Counted from the first letter of the stretch, positions 6,929 to 17,285 are shown. The stretch is 64,000 nt of DNA from an uncultured Cytophagales bacterium (GCA_964418605.1 CAYQLY010000009.1:39132-103131), one strand, 5' to 3'. Numbers and translations: made by a program. The notes: a model not told the origin generated them from the sequence alone.

Positions 6929-8944
6929 TTACTCAATAATCATGCGCTTAACATCTACTTCAGATCCATCTACCATAAGGGTATAAATATACATTCCTTG
7001 AGCTAAATCTGCACCTGATTGTAACTTGATTTGACCTTCGCCTCTCGTAGCTATTTCTTGGCTTTTTATTTTTTTACCTGTCATATCATAAATCACTAAT
7101 ACGGCTCGTTGACTAGATTCAGGAATATGATAACCAATCACTGTTTCTCCTGAAAATGGATTAGGTATATTTTGGTCTAAGCGAGCTAATTTCAATGCAG
7201 ATATTTCTCCTTCCTGACGCATAGTAATAGAACCATTTAGTGATGTGGCATTTTTAAGCTCACCAATCTCTTTAGCTTGACGTGCTAGTTCTTGTTTCTG
7301 TTGATCAACCAAACTATTCAATTCTTTGATTGAATTAATTAACATATAAAAAACATCATTAGGATTATAAGATAAATATTCTTCCCTCACACCTGTTGTA
7401 TCTTGATATACATATGATCGGACTGTATGTGGTGCAATTTGCTGCATATCTTGTGCGACAATACCTACAAATGTTTCCGTAGTTGGAAGACCTGCTTTGC
7501 CGTTATATTTAAATAGTACAGGATTAATCTTTAAAATAGTAGAAAGACCATCTTTATATGGGGCTATAACTTCTTTCAATCGTCGATCTGAGGTTACTGT
7601 CCAAAATACACTACCTGGTTTTCCAGCATCATTTTTACTCAATTGAAATTGAAAACTTGGATTTGATAATCCTATACCTACCAAAGCAGAGTCAACATCC
7701 ACTCGTCCAAGCACAACACCATTACGCACAGTAGATCTACTTCTAGATCCAAGAGCTACACTGTAAGAAAAATTAGTTTTACTACCAGTTCCAAGAGCTA
7801 CAGAAAAGCTAGACTCTCCTAGTATAGATGATCCATTACCAATAGATACATTATTGACTCCATCTATATTACCATAACCAGAAAAAGAACCTATAAATAC
7901 ATTACCAACACCTGACTTGCTAGTAGGAGCTGAGGTGTATCCTATATAAGTATTAAAATCTCCACTCTCCGCTTTATTACCTGCTAAAGCACCAAGAAAC
8001 ATATTATTACTACCTATTATATTAGCTGCAGCTGTTTTATATCCCAAAAATACATTATAATTACCCGTTGTATTACTCATCGCTGTACTATCTCCTGCAA
8101 ATAAATTATGGCTTCCTGTACTATTAGAACTCCCTGTTTTATATCCTAAAAAAACATTGGAGCTCCCTGTTGTATTAGAAGAACCCGTAAGAAAACCTAG
8201 CATAACATTATACCCTCCCTCTGTATTAGAAAAACCAGCTTGAGCACCAACAAATACATTTTGTAACCCTGTTGTATTAAGATAGCCAGACTCTTTCCCA
8301 ATAAATGTATTCCAACTTCCATTATTAGAATACCCAGCTTGATCACCAATAAAAACATTAGCATATGCATCTAAATTAGAATACCCAGACTCACGACCTA
8401 TAAATGTATTGTAGCCACCTATTGTATTAGTATTACCTGATGCAAATCCCAAAAAAGTATTGTAATCTCCTGTATTGCGGAAACCCGAACCAGACCCAAT
8501 CAACGTACTGCCTTTAACACTAACTCCGGAATAACCTGTATTTACTCCAATATACACATTACTATAACCACTAATATTAGAATAACCTGCCTGAGTACCT
8601 ATAAATAAATTAAAACTACCATCTAAATTAGAATATCCGGACTTAGCCCCCATAAACAAGTTATATTCTCCACTTGTATTTTGAACACCAGCATCACTTC
8701 CTAAGAATACATTATAAGATCCAGAATTTCTAAATCCTGCCTGAAAACCTATGGAAACAGTATTCATACCCGAATCTTTATTCAATTCACCGGCCTTAAA
8801 ACCATAAAAACAAGAACCTGGGCCTTTTGATCCAGAATTTACTCCATAAGAAGTAATTGCCTGAGCATTAATCATTTTTGATTGATACATTATGCTAGAT
8901 AGCATAACTAGTTTAATAACTGAACTATAAATCTTCTTTTTCAT
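6929..8944 (-). CDS. Tail-fibre-like repeat protein with peptidase S74 intramolecular chaperone domain and T9SS type-A C-terminal sorting domain
   Basis: ORF 6929..8965, with the probable start at M8 (8944) giving signal peptide MKKKIYSS...INAQA. About 25 copies of a ~14-15-aa 'G(Y/F)SNtxGxxNvFxG' repeat (residues ~40-410). 'TSDRRLKE...VGIVAQDMQQIAPHTV' is an S74 autoproteolysis module. Coiled coil follows, then a C-terminal 'NIPNPFSGET...GMYIYTLMVDG...KRMIIE' T9SS tail. Confidence 0.75.
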   Translation of the reverse strand: MKKKIYSSVIKLVMLSSIMYQSKMINAQAITSYGVNSGSKGPGSCFYGFKAGELNKDSGMNTVSIGFQAGFRNSGSYNVFLGSDAGVQNTSGEYNLFMGAKSGYSNLDGSFNLFIGTQAGYSNISGYSNVYIGVNTGYSGVSVKGSTLIGSGSGFRNTGDYNTFLGFASGNTNTIGGYNTFIGRESGYSNLDAYANVFIGDQAGYSNNGSWNTFIGKESGYLNTTGLQNVFVGAQAGFSNTEGGYNVMLGFLTGSSNTTGSSNVFLGYKTGSSNSTGSHNLFAGDSTAMSNTTGNYNVFLGYKTAAANIIGSNNMFLGALAGNKAESGDFNTYIGYTSAPTSKSGVGNVFIGSFSGYGNIDGVNNVSIGNGSSILGESSFSVALGTGSKTNFSYSVALGSRSRSTVRNGVVLGRVDVDSALVGIGLSNPSFQFQLSKNDAGKPGSVFWTVTSDRRLKEVIAPYKDGLSTILKINPVLFKYNGKAGLPTTETFVGIVAQDMQQIAPHTVRSYVYQDTTGVREEYLSYNPNDVFYMLINSIKELNSLVDQQKQELARQAKEIGELKNATSLNGSITMRQEGEISALKLARLDQNIPNPFSGETVIGYHIPESSQRAVLVIYDMTGKKIKSQEIATRGEGQIKLQSGADLAQGMYIYTLMVDGSEVDVKRMIIE

Positions 8945-9070
8945 AATATATATATTTTTTTGCAATATACTATAAATTATAAAAATATCCTAAATTACTA
9001 TTTATTTAAACTCTCAAGAGTTATAGTGCCTAAAAATGATTAAATTTATTCGTCAATTTTTACCTTTTCA

Positions 9071-9553
9071 ATGCTGAGTAAAAAACACATTATAGACTTA
9101 TTAGAGAATGTAAAAGATCCTGAAATTCCAGTCTTATCATTAATAGATCTAGGGGTAATCACTACTATTGCTATTGAAAATAATAAAGTAATTATTGAAA
9201 TGACACCTACTTTTGTAGGATGCCCAGCAATAGATGTAATGAAAGAAAATGTAGAACATGTATTAAAAAAAAATGGAATCGAACAATACGATGTAATCAT
9301 TTCTTTTGAAAAACCATGGTCATCTAATCTCATAACTGAAAAAGGAAAAGAAGCACTAAAAAAATTTGGCCTTGCACCTCCCCCTTCTCATCAGAATTTA
9401 ATTGTAGATATCGATCTTATTTCTCATGTGAAATGTCCCTACTGTGACAGTGATAATACAGAAATGAAATCTCTTTTTGGACCAACACTTTGTCGATCTC
9501 TTCACTATTGCAATAATTGCCAGCAAGCTTTTGAGCAATTTAAACCGATATAA
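9071..9553 (+). CDS. paaD: 1,2-phenylacetyl-CoA epoxidase subunit D (DUF59 plus Cys-rich tail)
   Basis: 160-aa ORF with 'VKDPEIPVLSLIDLGVI...TPTFVGCPA' and a C-terminal CPYC...CNNC zinc-ribbon-like motif. Confidence 0.75.
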   Translation: MLSKKHIIDLLENVKDPEIPVLSLIDLGVITTIAIENNKVIIEMTPTFVGCPAIDVMKENVEHVLKKNGIEQYDVIISFEKPWSSNLITEKGKEALKKFGLAPPPSHQNLIVDIDLISHVKCPYCDSDNTEMKSLFGPTLCRSLHYCNNCQQAFEQFKPI

Positions 9554-9633
9554 AACAAAAAGTTAATTTTTTATTACTAAAAATAATTGGTTTATTCCTT
9601 GAAGATGACTGCATAAGCCTCTATTTTTGCTGC

Positions 9634-9999
9634 ATGGATACTTCATTTTATCATTATCTTCCTATTATTCTTCAGTTTGTAGTGGCTGGTGGATTTGTTG
9701 TTACAACTATTTTATTAACTCATTTTTTAGGCCCTAAACGAAAAACAAAAGATAAATTAGAAAATTTTGAATGTGGTATTGAATCAGATGGAAATGCGCG
9801 TCTCCCCTTTTCAATCAAATATTTTCTGACAGCTATTTTATTCGTCTTATTTGATGTAGAAGTTATCTTTTTGTACCCATGGGCTGTAAATTTCAAGGAG
9901 CTCGGCATGGTTGGATTCACCCAAATGGCTTTATTTTTAGGATTACTTCTTATTGGATTTATATACATTATTAAAAAAGGAGCCTTAAAATGGGAATAA
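9634..9999 (+). CDS. nuoA: NADH-quinone oxidoreductase subunit A
   Basis: 121-aa, 3-TM ORF with 'FECG...FLTAILFVLFDVEVIFLYPWA'. First gene of the nuo operon. Confidence 0.9.
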   Translation: MDTSFYHYLPIILQFVVAGGFVVTTILLTHFLGPKRKTKDKLENFECGIESDGNARLPFSIKYFLTAILFVLFDVEVIFLYPWAVNFKELGMVGFTQMALFLGLLLIGFIYIIKKGALKWE

Positions 10000-10020
10000 G
10001 CTTATTAAACAGGCTAGGAT

Positions 10021-10572
10021 ATGGAACCTAAAAGCAACGTAACATTAGTAGAAAAGCCTGAAGGTGTTGAAGGACAAGGCTATTTTCTTACCAAATTTGA
10101 AAAAGTCATTGGGCTAGCACGAGCTAATTCCATTTGGCCTCTTCCATTTGCTACATCCTGCTGTGGCATCGAGTTCATGGCTACAATGGGTGCAAACTAT
10201 GACTTAGCGCGATTTGGCTCTGAACGACTAAGTTTTTCTCCTCGACAAGCTGATTTATTAATGGTCATGGGAACGATTGCTAAAAAAATGGGACCTATTG
10301 TAAAACAAGTTTATTTACAAATGGCCGAACCTCGATGGGTAATTGCTGTAGGTGCTTGCGCATCAAGTGGAGGAATATTTGATACCTATAGTGTGCTTCA
10401 AGGAATTGACAAAGTAGTTCCTGTCGATGTCTACGTTCCTGGCTGCCCTCCTCGCCCAGAACAAATATTAGATGGCATCACAAAAATTCAAGAGTTAATT
10501 AAACATGAATCGCTTCGTCGACGAAATGAACCTGACTATAAAAAATTATTGGCATCTTACGGAATTGAATAA
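10021..10572 (+). CDS. nuoB: NADH-quinone oxidoreductase subunit B
   Basis: 183 aa with 'SCCGIEFMA...GACASSGG...PGCPPRPE' N2 cluster ligands. Confidence 0.95.
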   Translation: MEPKSNVTLVEKPEGVEGQGYFLTKFEKVIGLARANSIWPLPFATSCCGIEFMATMGANYDLARFGSERLSFSPRQADLLMVMGTIAKKMGPIVKQVYLQMAEPRWVIAVGACASSGGIFDTYSVLQGIDKVVPVDVYVPGCPPRPEQILDGITKIQELIKHESLRRRNEPDYKKLLASYGIE

Positions 10573-11078
10573 TGAACAATCTAACAAATGAAAAAATTCT
10601 AGAAGCTATCAAATCTTCATTTGGAGAAATTATTCTTCATGCTGAAGAACCATATGGATTACTCACCATTACTATTACAAAAGAGAACAATATAAAACTT
10701 ATAACCTGGTTAAAAAATCATTCTGAATTTCAATTTACATTTTTAACTGATCTCTGTGGCATTCATTATCCAGAATCAAAAAATAAAGAATTAGGGGTCA
10801 TCTATCACTTACATAGTTTTGTAAATAATATACGTATTCGAATCAAAGCATTTATATCAATCGATCAACCTTCTATCTCATCCCTGACTTCTATTTTTTC
10901 ATCTGCGAATTGGATGGAAAGAGAAACCTATGATTTTTATGGCATTCAATTTGAGGGGCATCCTAATTTGAAACGAATATTAAATGTAGATGAGATGGAC
11001 TATTTTCCAATGCTCAAACATTATCCATTGGAAGATGGAACACGAACTGATAAAGACGATAAATTTTTTGGAAGATGA
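10572..11078 (+). CDS. nuoC: NADH-quinone oxidoreductase subunit C
   Basis: 168 aa with 'ANWMERETYDFYGIQFEGHP'. Overlaps neighbouring genes. Confidence 0.9.
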   Translation: MNNLTNEKILEAIKSSFGEIILHAEEPYGLLTITITKENNIKLITWLKNHSEFQFTFLTDLCGIHYPESKNKELGVIYHLHSFVNNIRIRIKAFISIDQPSISSLTSIFSSANWMERETYDFYGIQFEGHPNLKRILNVDEMDYFPMLKHYPLEDGTRTDKDDKFFGR

Positions 11079-12283
11079 TAGAAAATCCTGTCGTAGAATC
11101 GACCGAAGAAAATAAAGAAAAGCAATATACAACCCTTAATTTAGGTCCTACACACCCTGCAACACACGGTATTTTTCAGAATATATTAAAAATGGATGGC
11201 GAAATTATTGTGGACGGTGAACCTACAGTAGGCTATATTCATCGCGCATTTGAAAAAATTGCTGAGCACAAACCTTATTATCAAGTTACACCTCTTACTG
11301 ATCGATTAAACTATTGTTCCTCTCCTATTAATAATATGGGATGGCATATGACAGTAGAAAAGTTACTTGGCATACAAACACCAAAACGCGTTGATTACAT
11401 GCGTGTTATTATTATGGAGCTTGCTCGTATTTCTGATCACCTCATTTGCAACAGTGTATTAGGTGTAGATACAGGAGCTGTAACAGGTTTCTTATATTTA
11501 TTTCAAGAGCGTGAAAAAATTTATGAAATCTATGAAGAAATATGTGGCGCACGACTCACCACAAACATTGGTCGCATCGGTGGCTTAGAAAGAGACTTTA
11601 ATGAAAATGTCCATAAAAAACTAAAAAAATTCTTAAAAGAGTTTCCAAAAAAATTCAAAGAATTTGAAAACTTAATCAAACGCAATCGCATCTTCATGGA
11701 CCGAACAGTAAATGTTGGAGCTATAAGTGCTGAACGAGCGCTAAATTATGGATTTACCGGGCCTAATTTACGTGCAACGGGCGTTGATTATGATGTGCGC
11801 ATCATTAACCCCTATTGTTCATATGGTGATTTTGAATTTGATATTCCGGTAGGAAAAAATGGAGATACTTACGATCGATTTTTAGTTCGAAATGAGGAGG
11901 TATGGCAAAGTTTAAGAATAATTGAACAAGCTTATAATAACTTGCCAGAAGGCCCTTATTATGCTGAGGTTCCTGAATTTTATCTGCCACCAAAAGAAGA
12001 TGTATACACAACAATGGAGGCCCTTATTTGGCATTTCAAAATTGTAATGGGAGAAACAGAAATTAAAAAAGGAGAAGTATATCATGCTGTAGAAGGTGGA
12101 AATGGAGAGCTTGGATTTTATTTGGTAAGTGATGGTGGAAGACAACCTTATCGCTTGCACTTTAGACGACCTTGTTTTATTTATTATCAAGCCTATCCAG
12201 AAATGATTAGAGGAAGCTTATTATCAGATGCTATCATTACGATGAGTAGCCTAAATGTTATTGCAGGAGAATTAGATGCTTAA
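11075..12283 (+). CDS. nuoD: NADH-quinone oxidoreductase subunit D
   Basis: 402 aa with 'LNLGPTHPATHG' and a typical 49-kDa subunit C-terminus. Confidence 0.95.
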   Translation: MIENPVVESTEENKEKQYTTLNLGPTHPATHGIFQNILKMDGEIIVDGEPTVGYIHRAFEKIAEHKPYYQVTPLTDRLNYCSSPINNMGWHMTVEKLLGIQTPKRVDYMRVIIMELARISDHLICNSVLGVDTGAVTGFLYLFQEREKIYEIYEEICGARLTTNIGRIGGLERDFNENVHKKLKKFLKEFPKKFKEFENLIKRNRIFMDRTVNVGAISAERALNYGFTGPNLRATGVDYDVRIINPYCSYGDFEFDIPVGKNGDTYDRFLVRNEEVWQSLRIIEQAYNNLPEGPYYAEVPEFYLPPKEDVYTTMEALIWHFKIVMGETEIKKGEVYHAVEGGNGELGFYLVSDGGRQPYRLHFRRPCFIYYQAYPEMIRGSLLSDAIITMSSLNVIAGELDA

Positions 12284-12303
12284 TTTTTTTTATATAAAAC
12301 AGT

Positions 12304-12810
12304 ATGACCGAAAAAACAGAAATCACATTCTCTGCTGAAATAAAAAAAGAGCTAGAAAAAATAATTCAAAAATATCCAGAAGGAAAACAAAAATCAGCTC
12401 TCCTTCCTATCCTACATTTGGTTCAAAAAGAATCGAATGGCTATTTATCTGTTCCTGTAATGGATTATGTAGCTAAGTTATTAAACATCAAACCTATTGA
12501 AGTTTATGAAGTAGCAAGCTTTTATACGATGTATAATCTCAAACCTGTAGGAAAAGTGGTTTTAGAATTTTGCCGTACAAGTCCTTGCTGTTTAAATGGT
12601 GCTGAAAAAATTATTAAATACACAGAAAAAAAACTAGGAATTAAAAATGGAGAAACTACTTCTGACGGAATGTTCACCATTAAATGTACAGAATGTTTAG
12701 GTGCATGTGGATATGCTCCAATGATGCAAGTAGGTGACCATTATTATGAATATCTCACGGAAGAAAAAATAGATTCCTTGTTAGACGAATTTAGAAAAAA
12801 TGCAAATTAG
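12304..12810 (+). CDS. nuoE: NADH-quinone oxidoreductase subunit E (2Fe-2S)
   Basis: 168 aa, thioredoxin-like ferredoxin with Cys ligands 'CRTSPCC...CLGACGYAP'. Confidence 0.9.
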   Translation: MTEKTEITFSAEIKKELEKIIQKYPEGKQKSALLPILHLVQKESNGYLSVPVMDYVAKLLNIKPIEVYEVASFYTMYNLKPVGKVVLEFCRTSPCCLNGAEKIIKYTEKKLGIKNGETTSDGMFTIKCTECLGACGYAPMMQVGDHYYEYLTEEKIDSLLDEFRKNAN

Positions 12811-12813
12811 CTC

Positions 12814-14160
12814 ATGGCTAGAAAAATATTATTAGAACATATCAACGTTCCAGGAATTAATACCTACGAAGTGTATCGTAAACAAGGAGGATATGCTTCA
12901 GTAGAAAAAGCATTGAAGACAATGACGCCTGATGCGATTGTAGAAGAAGTAAAAAAATCAGGATTACGTGGACGTGGAGGTGCAGGGTTTCCAACAGGGA
13001 TGAAATGGAGTTTTTTAGCTAAACCTGAAGGGAAACCACGTTACTTACTTTGCAATGCAGATGAAAGTGAACCAGGTACATTTAAAGATCGCTACTTGAT
13101 GGAAAAAATCCCTCATCTCTTAATTGAAGGAATGATTGTATCCAGCTTTGCTCTAGGTGCTAATCGATCCTACATTTACATCCGCGGAGAATACCGATGG
13201 ATTTTTAACATTCTTGAAAAAGCAATTGCAGAAGCGTATGCCAATGGTTTGTTAGGAAAAAATATTCTAGGCTCAGGATATTCATTAGATCTTTTTGTTC
13301 ATCCAGGTGCAGGCGCGTATATCTGTGGCGAAGAAACAGCATTAATTGAATCACTAGAAGGCAAACGGGGAAATCCACGAATTAAGCCTCCCTTCCCTGC
13401 CGTACAAGGATTATGGAACTGCCCAACTGTAGTAAATAACGTAGAATCAATTGCTACTGTTCCTTGGATCATCAATAATACAGGTGATGAATATGCAAAA
13501 ATAGGATTGGGAAAAAGTACAGGAACAAAATTAATCTCTGCTTGTGGGCATATTAATAATCCAGGTGTATATGAAATAGAATTAGGATTACCAGTTGAAG
13601 AATTTGTTTATTCGGATGTTTATTGTGGAGGAATAAAAAATAAAAAAGAATTAAAAGCGCTTGTAGCTGGTGGATCATCCGTTCCTATTCTTCCTAAAAG
13701 TTTAATTTTCAAAACAGCCAAAGGAGAAAATCGATTGATGACGTATGAATCATTATCAGACGGTGGATTTGTATCTGGAACCATGTTAGGTTCAGGTGGA
13801 TTTATTGTCTATGATGAAACATCTTGTATTGTAAGAAACACATGGAACTTCACTCGATTTTATCATCATGAATCTTGCGGACAATGTAGTCCTTGTAGAG
13901 AAGGGACAGGTTGGATGGAAAAAGTATTACATCGAATCGAAGAAGGACATGGAAAAATGGAGGACATTGATTTATTAGTCGATGTAGCAAAAAAGATAGA
14001 AGGCAATACAATTTGTCCATTAGGAGATGCGGCAGCTTGGCCAGTGGCAAGTGCGATTCGACATTTCCGCCATGAGTTTGAATATCATGTAAAATATCCA
14101 AATAAAGTTCACGATCCAAATCATGTGTATCAACCTGAGTTAAATTTAATTTCAAATTAA
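12814..14160 (+). CDS. nuoF: NADH-quinone oxidoreductase subunit F (FMN/NADH-binding)
   Basis: 448 aa with 'GLRGRGGAGFPTGMKW' and 'ESCGQCSPCREG'. Confidence 0.95.
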   Translation: MARKILLEHINVPGINTYEVYRKQGGYASVEKALKTMTPDAIVEEVKKSGLRGRGGAGFPTGMKWSFLAKPEGKPRYLLCNADESEPGTFKDRYLMEKIPHLLIEGMIVSSFALGANRSYIYIRGEYRWIFNILEKAIAEAYANGLLGKNILGSGYSLDLFVHPGAGAYICGEETALIESLEGKRGNPRIKPPFPAVQGLWNCPTVVNNVESIATVPWIINNTGDEYAKIGLGKSTGTKLISACGHINNPGVYEIELGLPVEEFVYSDVYCGGIKNKKELKALVAGGSSVPILPKSLIFKTAKGENRLMTYESLSDGGFVSGTMLGSGGFIVYDETSCIVRNTWNFTRFYHHESCGQCSPCREGTGWMEKVLHRIEEGHGKMEDIDLLVDVAKKIEGNTICPLGDAAAWPVASAIRHFRHEFEYHVKYPNKVHDPNHVYQPELNLISN

Positions 14161-14169
14161 TTTAAAAAA

Positions 14170-15123
14170 ATGATGAAGGTAACAATAGATGGCATTGAAA
14201 TAGAAGTAGAAGAAGGTACTACGATATTAAACGCTGCTCGAAAAATTGGTGGAAAAATTGTACCTCCTGCGATGTGCTATTACTCTAAGCTGGAAGGAAG
14301 TGGTGGTAAGTGCAGAGTATGTTTAGTAAAAGTAGCACAAGGTTCTACTAAAGATCCAAGACCTATGCCAAAATTAGTAGCATCTTGTCGTACTCCAGCT
14401 CAAGATGGAATGGTGGTTGAAAACATTACTAGCCAAGAAGTATTAGATGCACGAAAAGCAGTCGTAGAATTTCTATTAATTAACCACCCGCTTGATTGTC
14501 CAATATGTGACCAAGCTGGTGAATGTGATCTTCAAAACTTATCCTATGAACATGGAAAATCAAAATCACGTTATGAATTCAAAAGAAGAGAATTTGAAAA
14601 AATAGATATTGGAGATAAAATTCAACTCCACATGACACGTTGCATCTTATGTTACCGATGCACACAAACAGCTGATCAATTAACCAATCAACGTGTTCAT
14701 GGTGTACTCAATCGAGGTGATGTATCTGAAATAAGTACTTACATCAAAAACTCGATCAATAATGATTTCTCAGGCAATATGATTGATGTTTGTCCAGTAG
14801 GTGCATTGACAGATAAAACATTCCGATTCAAAAGTCGAGTTTGGTTTACCAAGCCGATGGATGCACATCGCGATTGCAAAACATGCTGTGGAAAAGTTGT
14901 ACTTTGGTATCAAGGCGAAGAAGTCCTACGTGTGACAGGACGCAAAGATGCCTATGGAGAATTAGAAGAATTTATTTGCAATGAATGCCGTTTTGAAAAA
15001 AAGAAAACAAGCGACTGGATCATTGAAGGACCTCGTCTTATTTCAAAAGAATCTGTTATATCTCAAAACCATTACGAAATAATAGCAAATCCAATTTATA
15101 AAAAAATAGAAGACAAAAAATAA
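14170..15123 (+). CDS. nuoG: NADH-quinone oxidoreductase subunit G, short form (Fe-S N-terminal module only)
   Basis: 317 aa with 2Fe-2S and 4Fe-4S Cys motifs ('CRVCLV', 'HPLDCPICDQAGEC', 'CILCYRC'). No molybdopterin-like domain, as in other Bacteroidota. Confidence 0.85.
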   Translation: MMKVTIDGIEIEVEEGTTILNAARKIGGKIVPPAMCYYSKLEGSGGKCRVCLVKVAQGSTKDPRPMPKLVASCRTPAQDGMVVENITSQEVLDARKAVVEFLLINHPLDCPICDQAGECDLQNLSYEHGKSKSRYEFKRREFEKIDIGDKIQLHMTRCILCYRCTQTADQLTNQRVHGVLNRGDVSEISTYIKNSINNDFSGNMIDVCPVGALTDKTFRFKSRVWFTKPMDAHRDCKTCCGKVVLWYQGEEVLRVTGRKDAYGELEEFICNECRFEKKKTSDWIIEGPRLISKESVISQNHYEIIANPIYKKIEDKK

Positions 15124-16160
15124 TGGACATTATATTTATCTTAAATAAAGCCATTTTAGTACTTATTATTTTTGCAATTACATTATTAATTGCAGCCTAT
15201 AGCACATATGCTGAGCGAAAAGTTTCTGCTTTCATGCAAGATCGCCTAGGCCCTAATAGAACGGGGCCCTTTGGATTACTACAGCCTTTAGCCGATGCAG
15301 GAAAAATGTTTTTTAAAGAAGAAATTATTCCAAACTCATCAGATCGTCTTCTTTTTATTATTGCACCAGCTATTGCCATGCTTACTGCATTAATGACAAG
15401 CGCTGTCATTCCTTGGGGAAAATCATTACTCATTCATGGAAAAGAGTTTCCACTTCAAGTCACAAATTTAAATATTGGTGTTCTTTATGTTTTTGGTGTA
15501 GTATCATTAGGCGTTTATGGTATCATGATCGGAGGCTGGGCATCCAACAATAAATTTTCATTATTAGGAGCTATTCGCGCCTCATCACAAATGATCAGTT
15601 ACGAACTAGCCATGGGGTTAGCTATTATTGCTTTGATCATGTCAGCAGGATCACTTAATATCCGTGATATTGTAGAGGGTCAACAAGGCTGGCATTGGAA
15701 TGTTTTTTATCAACCTATTGGATTTTTAATTTTCATCATTTGTGCTTTTGCAGAATGCAATCGGGCACCTTTTGATTTACCAGAATGTGAAACAGAGCTA
15801 GTAGGAGGTTATCATACAGAATACAGTAGCATGAAATTAGGATTATACTTATTTGCCGAATATGTGAATATGTTTATATCATCAGCCATGATTGCTTCTC
15901 TCTATTTTGGAGGTTATCATTTTCCTTTTATCGACCGATTAGGCTTAGACAATAATACAGCAGCTATGCTGAGTGTTATTATATTTTTTGCAAAAACACT
16001 CTTCTTTGTTTTCTTTTTCATGTGGATACGTTGGACATTGCCACGTTTCCGCTATGATCAACTGATGAAGTTAGGATGGCAGATATTAATTCCGGCAGCT
16101 GTGATTAATATTTTACTCACAGGCGGATGGTATGTTTTACGTGATTTTATAAAATTTTAA
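15123..16160 (+). CDS. nuoH: NADH-quinone oxidoreductase subunit H
   Basis: 345-aa polytopic ORF with 'ERKVSAFMQDRLGPNR' and 'NRAPFDLPECETELVGGYHTEYS'. Confidence 0.95.
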   Translation: MDIIFILNKAILVLIIFAITLLIAAYSTYAERKVSAFMQDRLGPNRTGPFGLLQPLADAGKMFFKEEIIPNSSDRLLFIIAPAIAMLTALMTSAVIPWGKSLLIHGKEFPLQVTNLNIGVLYVFGVVSLGVYGIMIGGWASNNKFSLLGAIRASSQMISYELAMGLAIIALIMSAGSLNIRDIVEGQQGWHWNVFYQPIGFLIFIICAFAECNRAPFDLPECETELVGGYHTEYSSMKLGLYLFAEYVNMFISSAMIASLYFGGYHFPFIDRLGLDNNTAAMLSVIIFFAKTLFFVFFFMWIRWTLPRFRYDQLMKLGWQILIPAAVINILLTGGWYVLRDFIKF

Positions 16161-16169
16161 TACATAAAA

Positions 16170-16697
16170 ATGATTACCCTTTCAAATCGAAGCAAAGTCA
16201 TTGAACGTAAGAAACTCACGTTCTGGGAGAGACTATATATTCCAGCTATTCTACAAGGATTATCTATTACACTCAACCATTTTTTCAAAAAAAAATCTAC
16301 GATACAATACCCTGAAGTCAATCGAAAATTTAGTAGTGTATTCAGAGGCAAACATGTTCTAAAACGAGACGAAAAAGGAGCTGAACGATGTACGGCTTGT
16401 GGATTATGCGCTGTAGCTTGCCCTGCAGAAGCCATTACCATGGTTGCTGCTGAGCGAAAACCAGGCGAAGAGAATTTATATAGAGAAGAAAAATACGCTT
16501 CAATGTATGAAATTAATATGCTACGTTGCATATTCTGTGGATTATGTGAAGAAGCTTGCCCTAAACAAGCTATTTACTTGACAGAAGAAACTGTAAAATC
16601 AAGCTACCATCGTCATGATTTTATTTTTGGTAAAGATCGATTGGTAGAACCTGTTGACATCAACCAACGCATTGATATAAGTAAACGTAAAAAATAG
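16170..16697 (+). CDS. nuoI: NADH-quinone oxidoreductase subunit I (2x 4Fe-4S)
   Basis: 175 aa with two CxxCxxCxxxCP motifs. Confidence 0.9.
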   Translation: MITLSNRSKVIERKKLTFWERLYIPAILQGLSITLNHFFKKKSTIQYPEVNRKFSSVFRGKHVLKRDEKGAERCTACGLCAVACPAEAITMVAAERKPGEENLYREEKYASMYEINMLRCIFCGLCEEACPKQAIYLTEETVKSSYHRHDFIFGKDRLVEPVDINQRIDISKRKK

Positions 16698-16787
16698 AAC
16701 TTTTAATTTATTCGAAATTATAAATAATATTGCAGCAACAACTTTTATGATCCAAGCACATTACACCAGCTCAGATATACTTCTTTT

Positions 16788-17279
16788 ATGATGTCATACG
16801 TATTTTACTTTTTAGCAGCCGTTTCCATACTCACCGCTATACTTGTGGTTACAGCTAAAAATCCTATCCATAGTGTATTGTATCTTATTGTATGTTTTTT
16901 TAGCATAGCAGGACATTATGTCATTCTTCAAGCTGATTTTTTAGCTGTTGTTCATATCATTGTATATGCTGGTGCGATCATGGTTTTATTCTTATTTATA
17001 ATCATGCTCTTAAATCTAAATAAAGACACTGAACCACATAAATCAACTTTACTTAAAATAGCCGCTATCATTTCCGGAAGCACATTAGGACTTTTGTTAT
17101 TAAGTTCATTAAAAACACAACAAACTTACTTACAAGCCGAAAAAATAAATAACAATTTAGGCACTGTAAAAAACCTAGGAAAGATACTATTTACTGACTA
17201 TCTTCTCCCTTTTGAAATCTCTTCTATACTTTTTATTGCAGCCATGGTAGGAGCTGTTATTTTAGCTAAAAAAGACTAA
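16788..17279 (+). CDS. nuoJ: NADH-quinone oxidoreductase subunit J
   Basis: 163-aa membrane ORF at the operon position between nuoI and nuoK. Confidence 0.85.
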   Translation: MMSYVFYFLAAVSILTAILVVTAKNPIHSVLYLIVCFFSIAGHYVILQADFLAVVHIIVYAGAIMVLFLFIIMLLNLNKDTEPHKSTLLKIAAIISGSTLGLLLLSSLKTQQTYLQAEKINNNLGTVKNLGKILFTDYLLPFEISSILFIAAMVGAVILAKKD

Positions 17280-17285
17280 CACAAC

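Noticed and set aside
7736-8848. Periodic ~42-45-nt repetition that could suggest a CRISPR array or tandem DNA repeat
   Set aside because: The periodicity lies within one long ORF and reflects a degenerate 14-15-aa protein repeat. The DNA copies are not identical and there are no spacer-like unique units.
9622-9629. TATTTTTG (TAnnTTTG match) as the nuo operon promoter
   Set aside because: It ends only 4 nt before the nuoA ATG, which would require a leaderless or internally initiated mRNA. A chance match in AT-rich DNA is just as likely, so it was not called.
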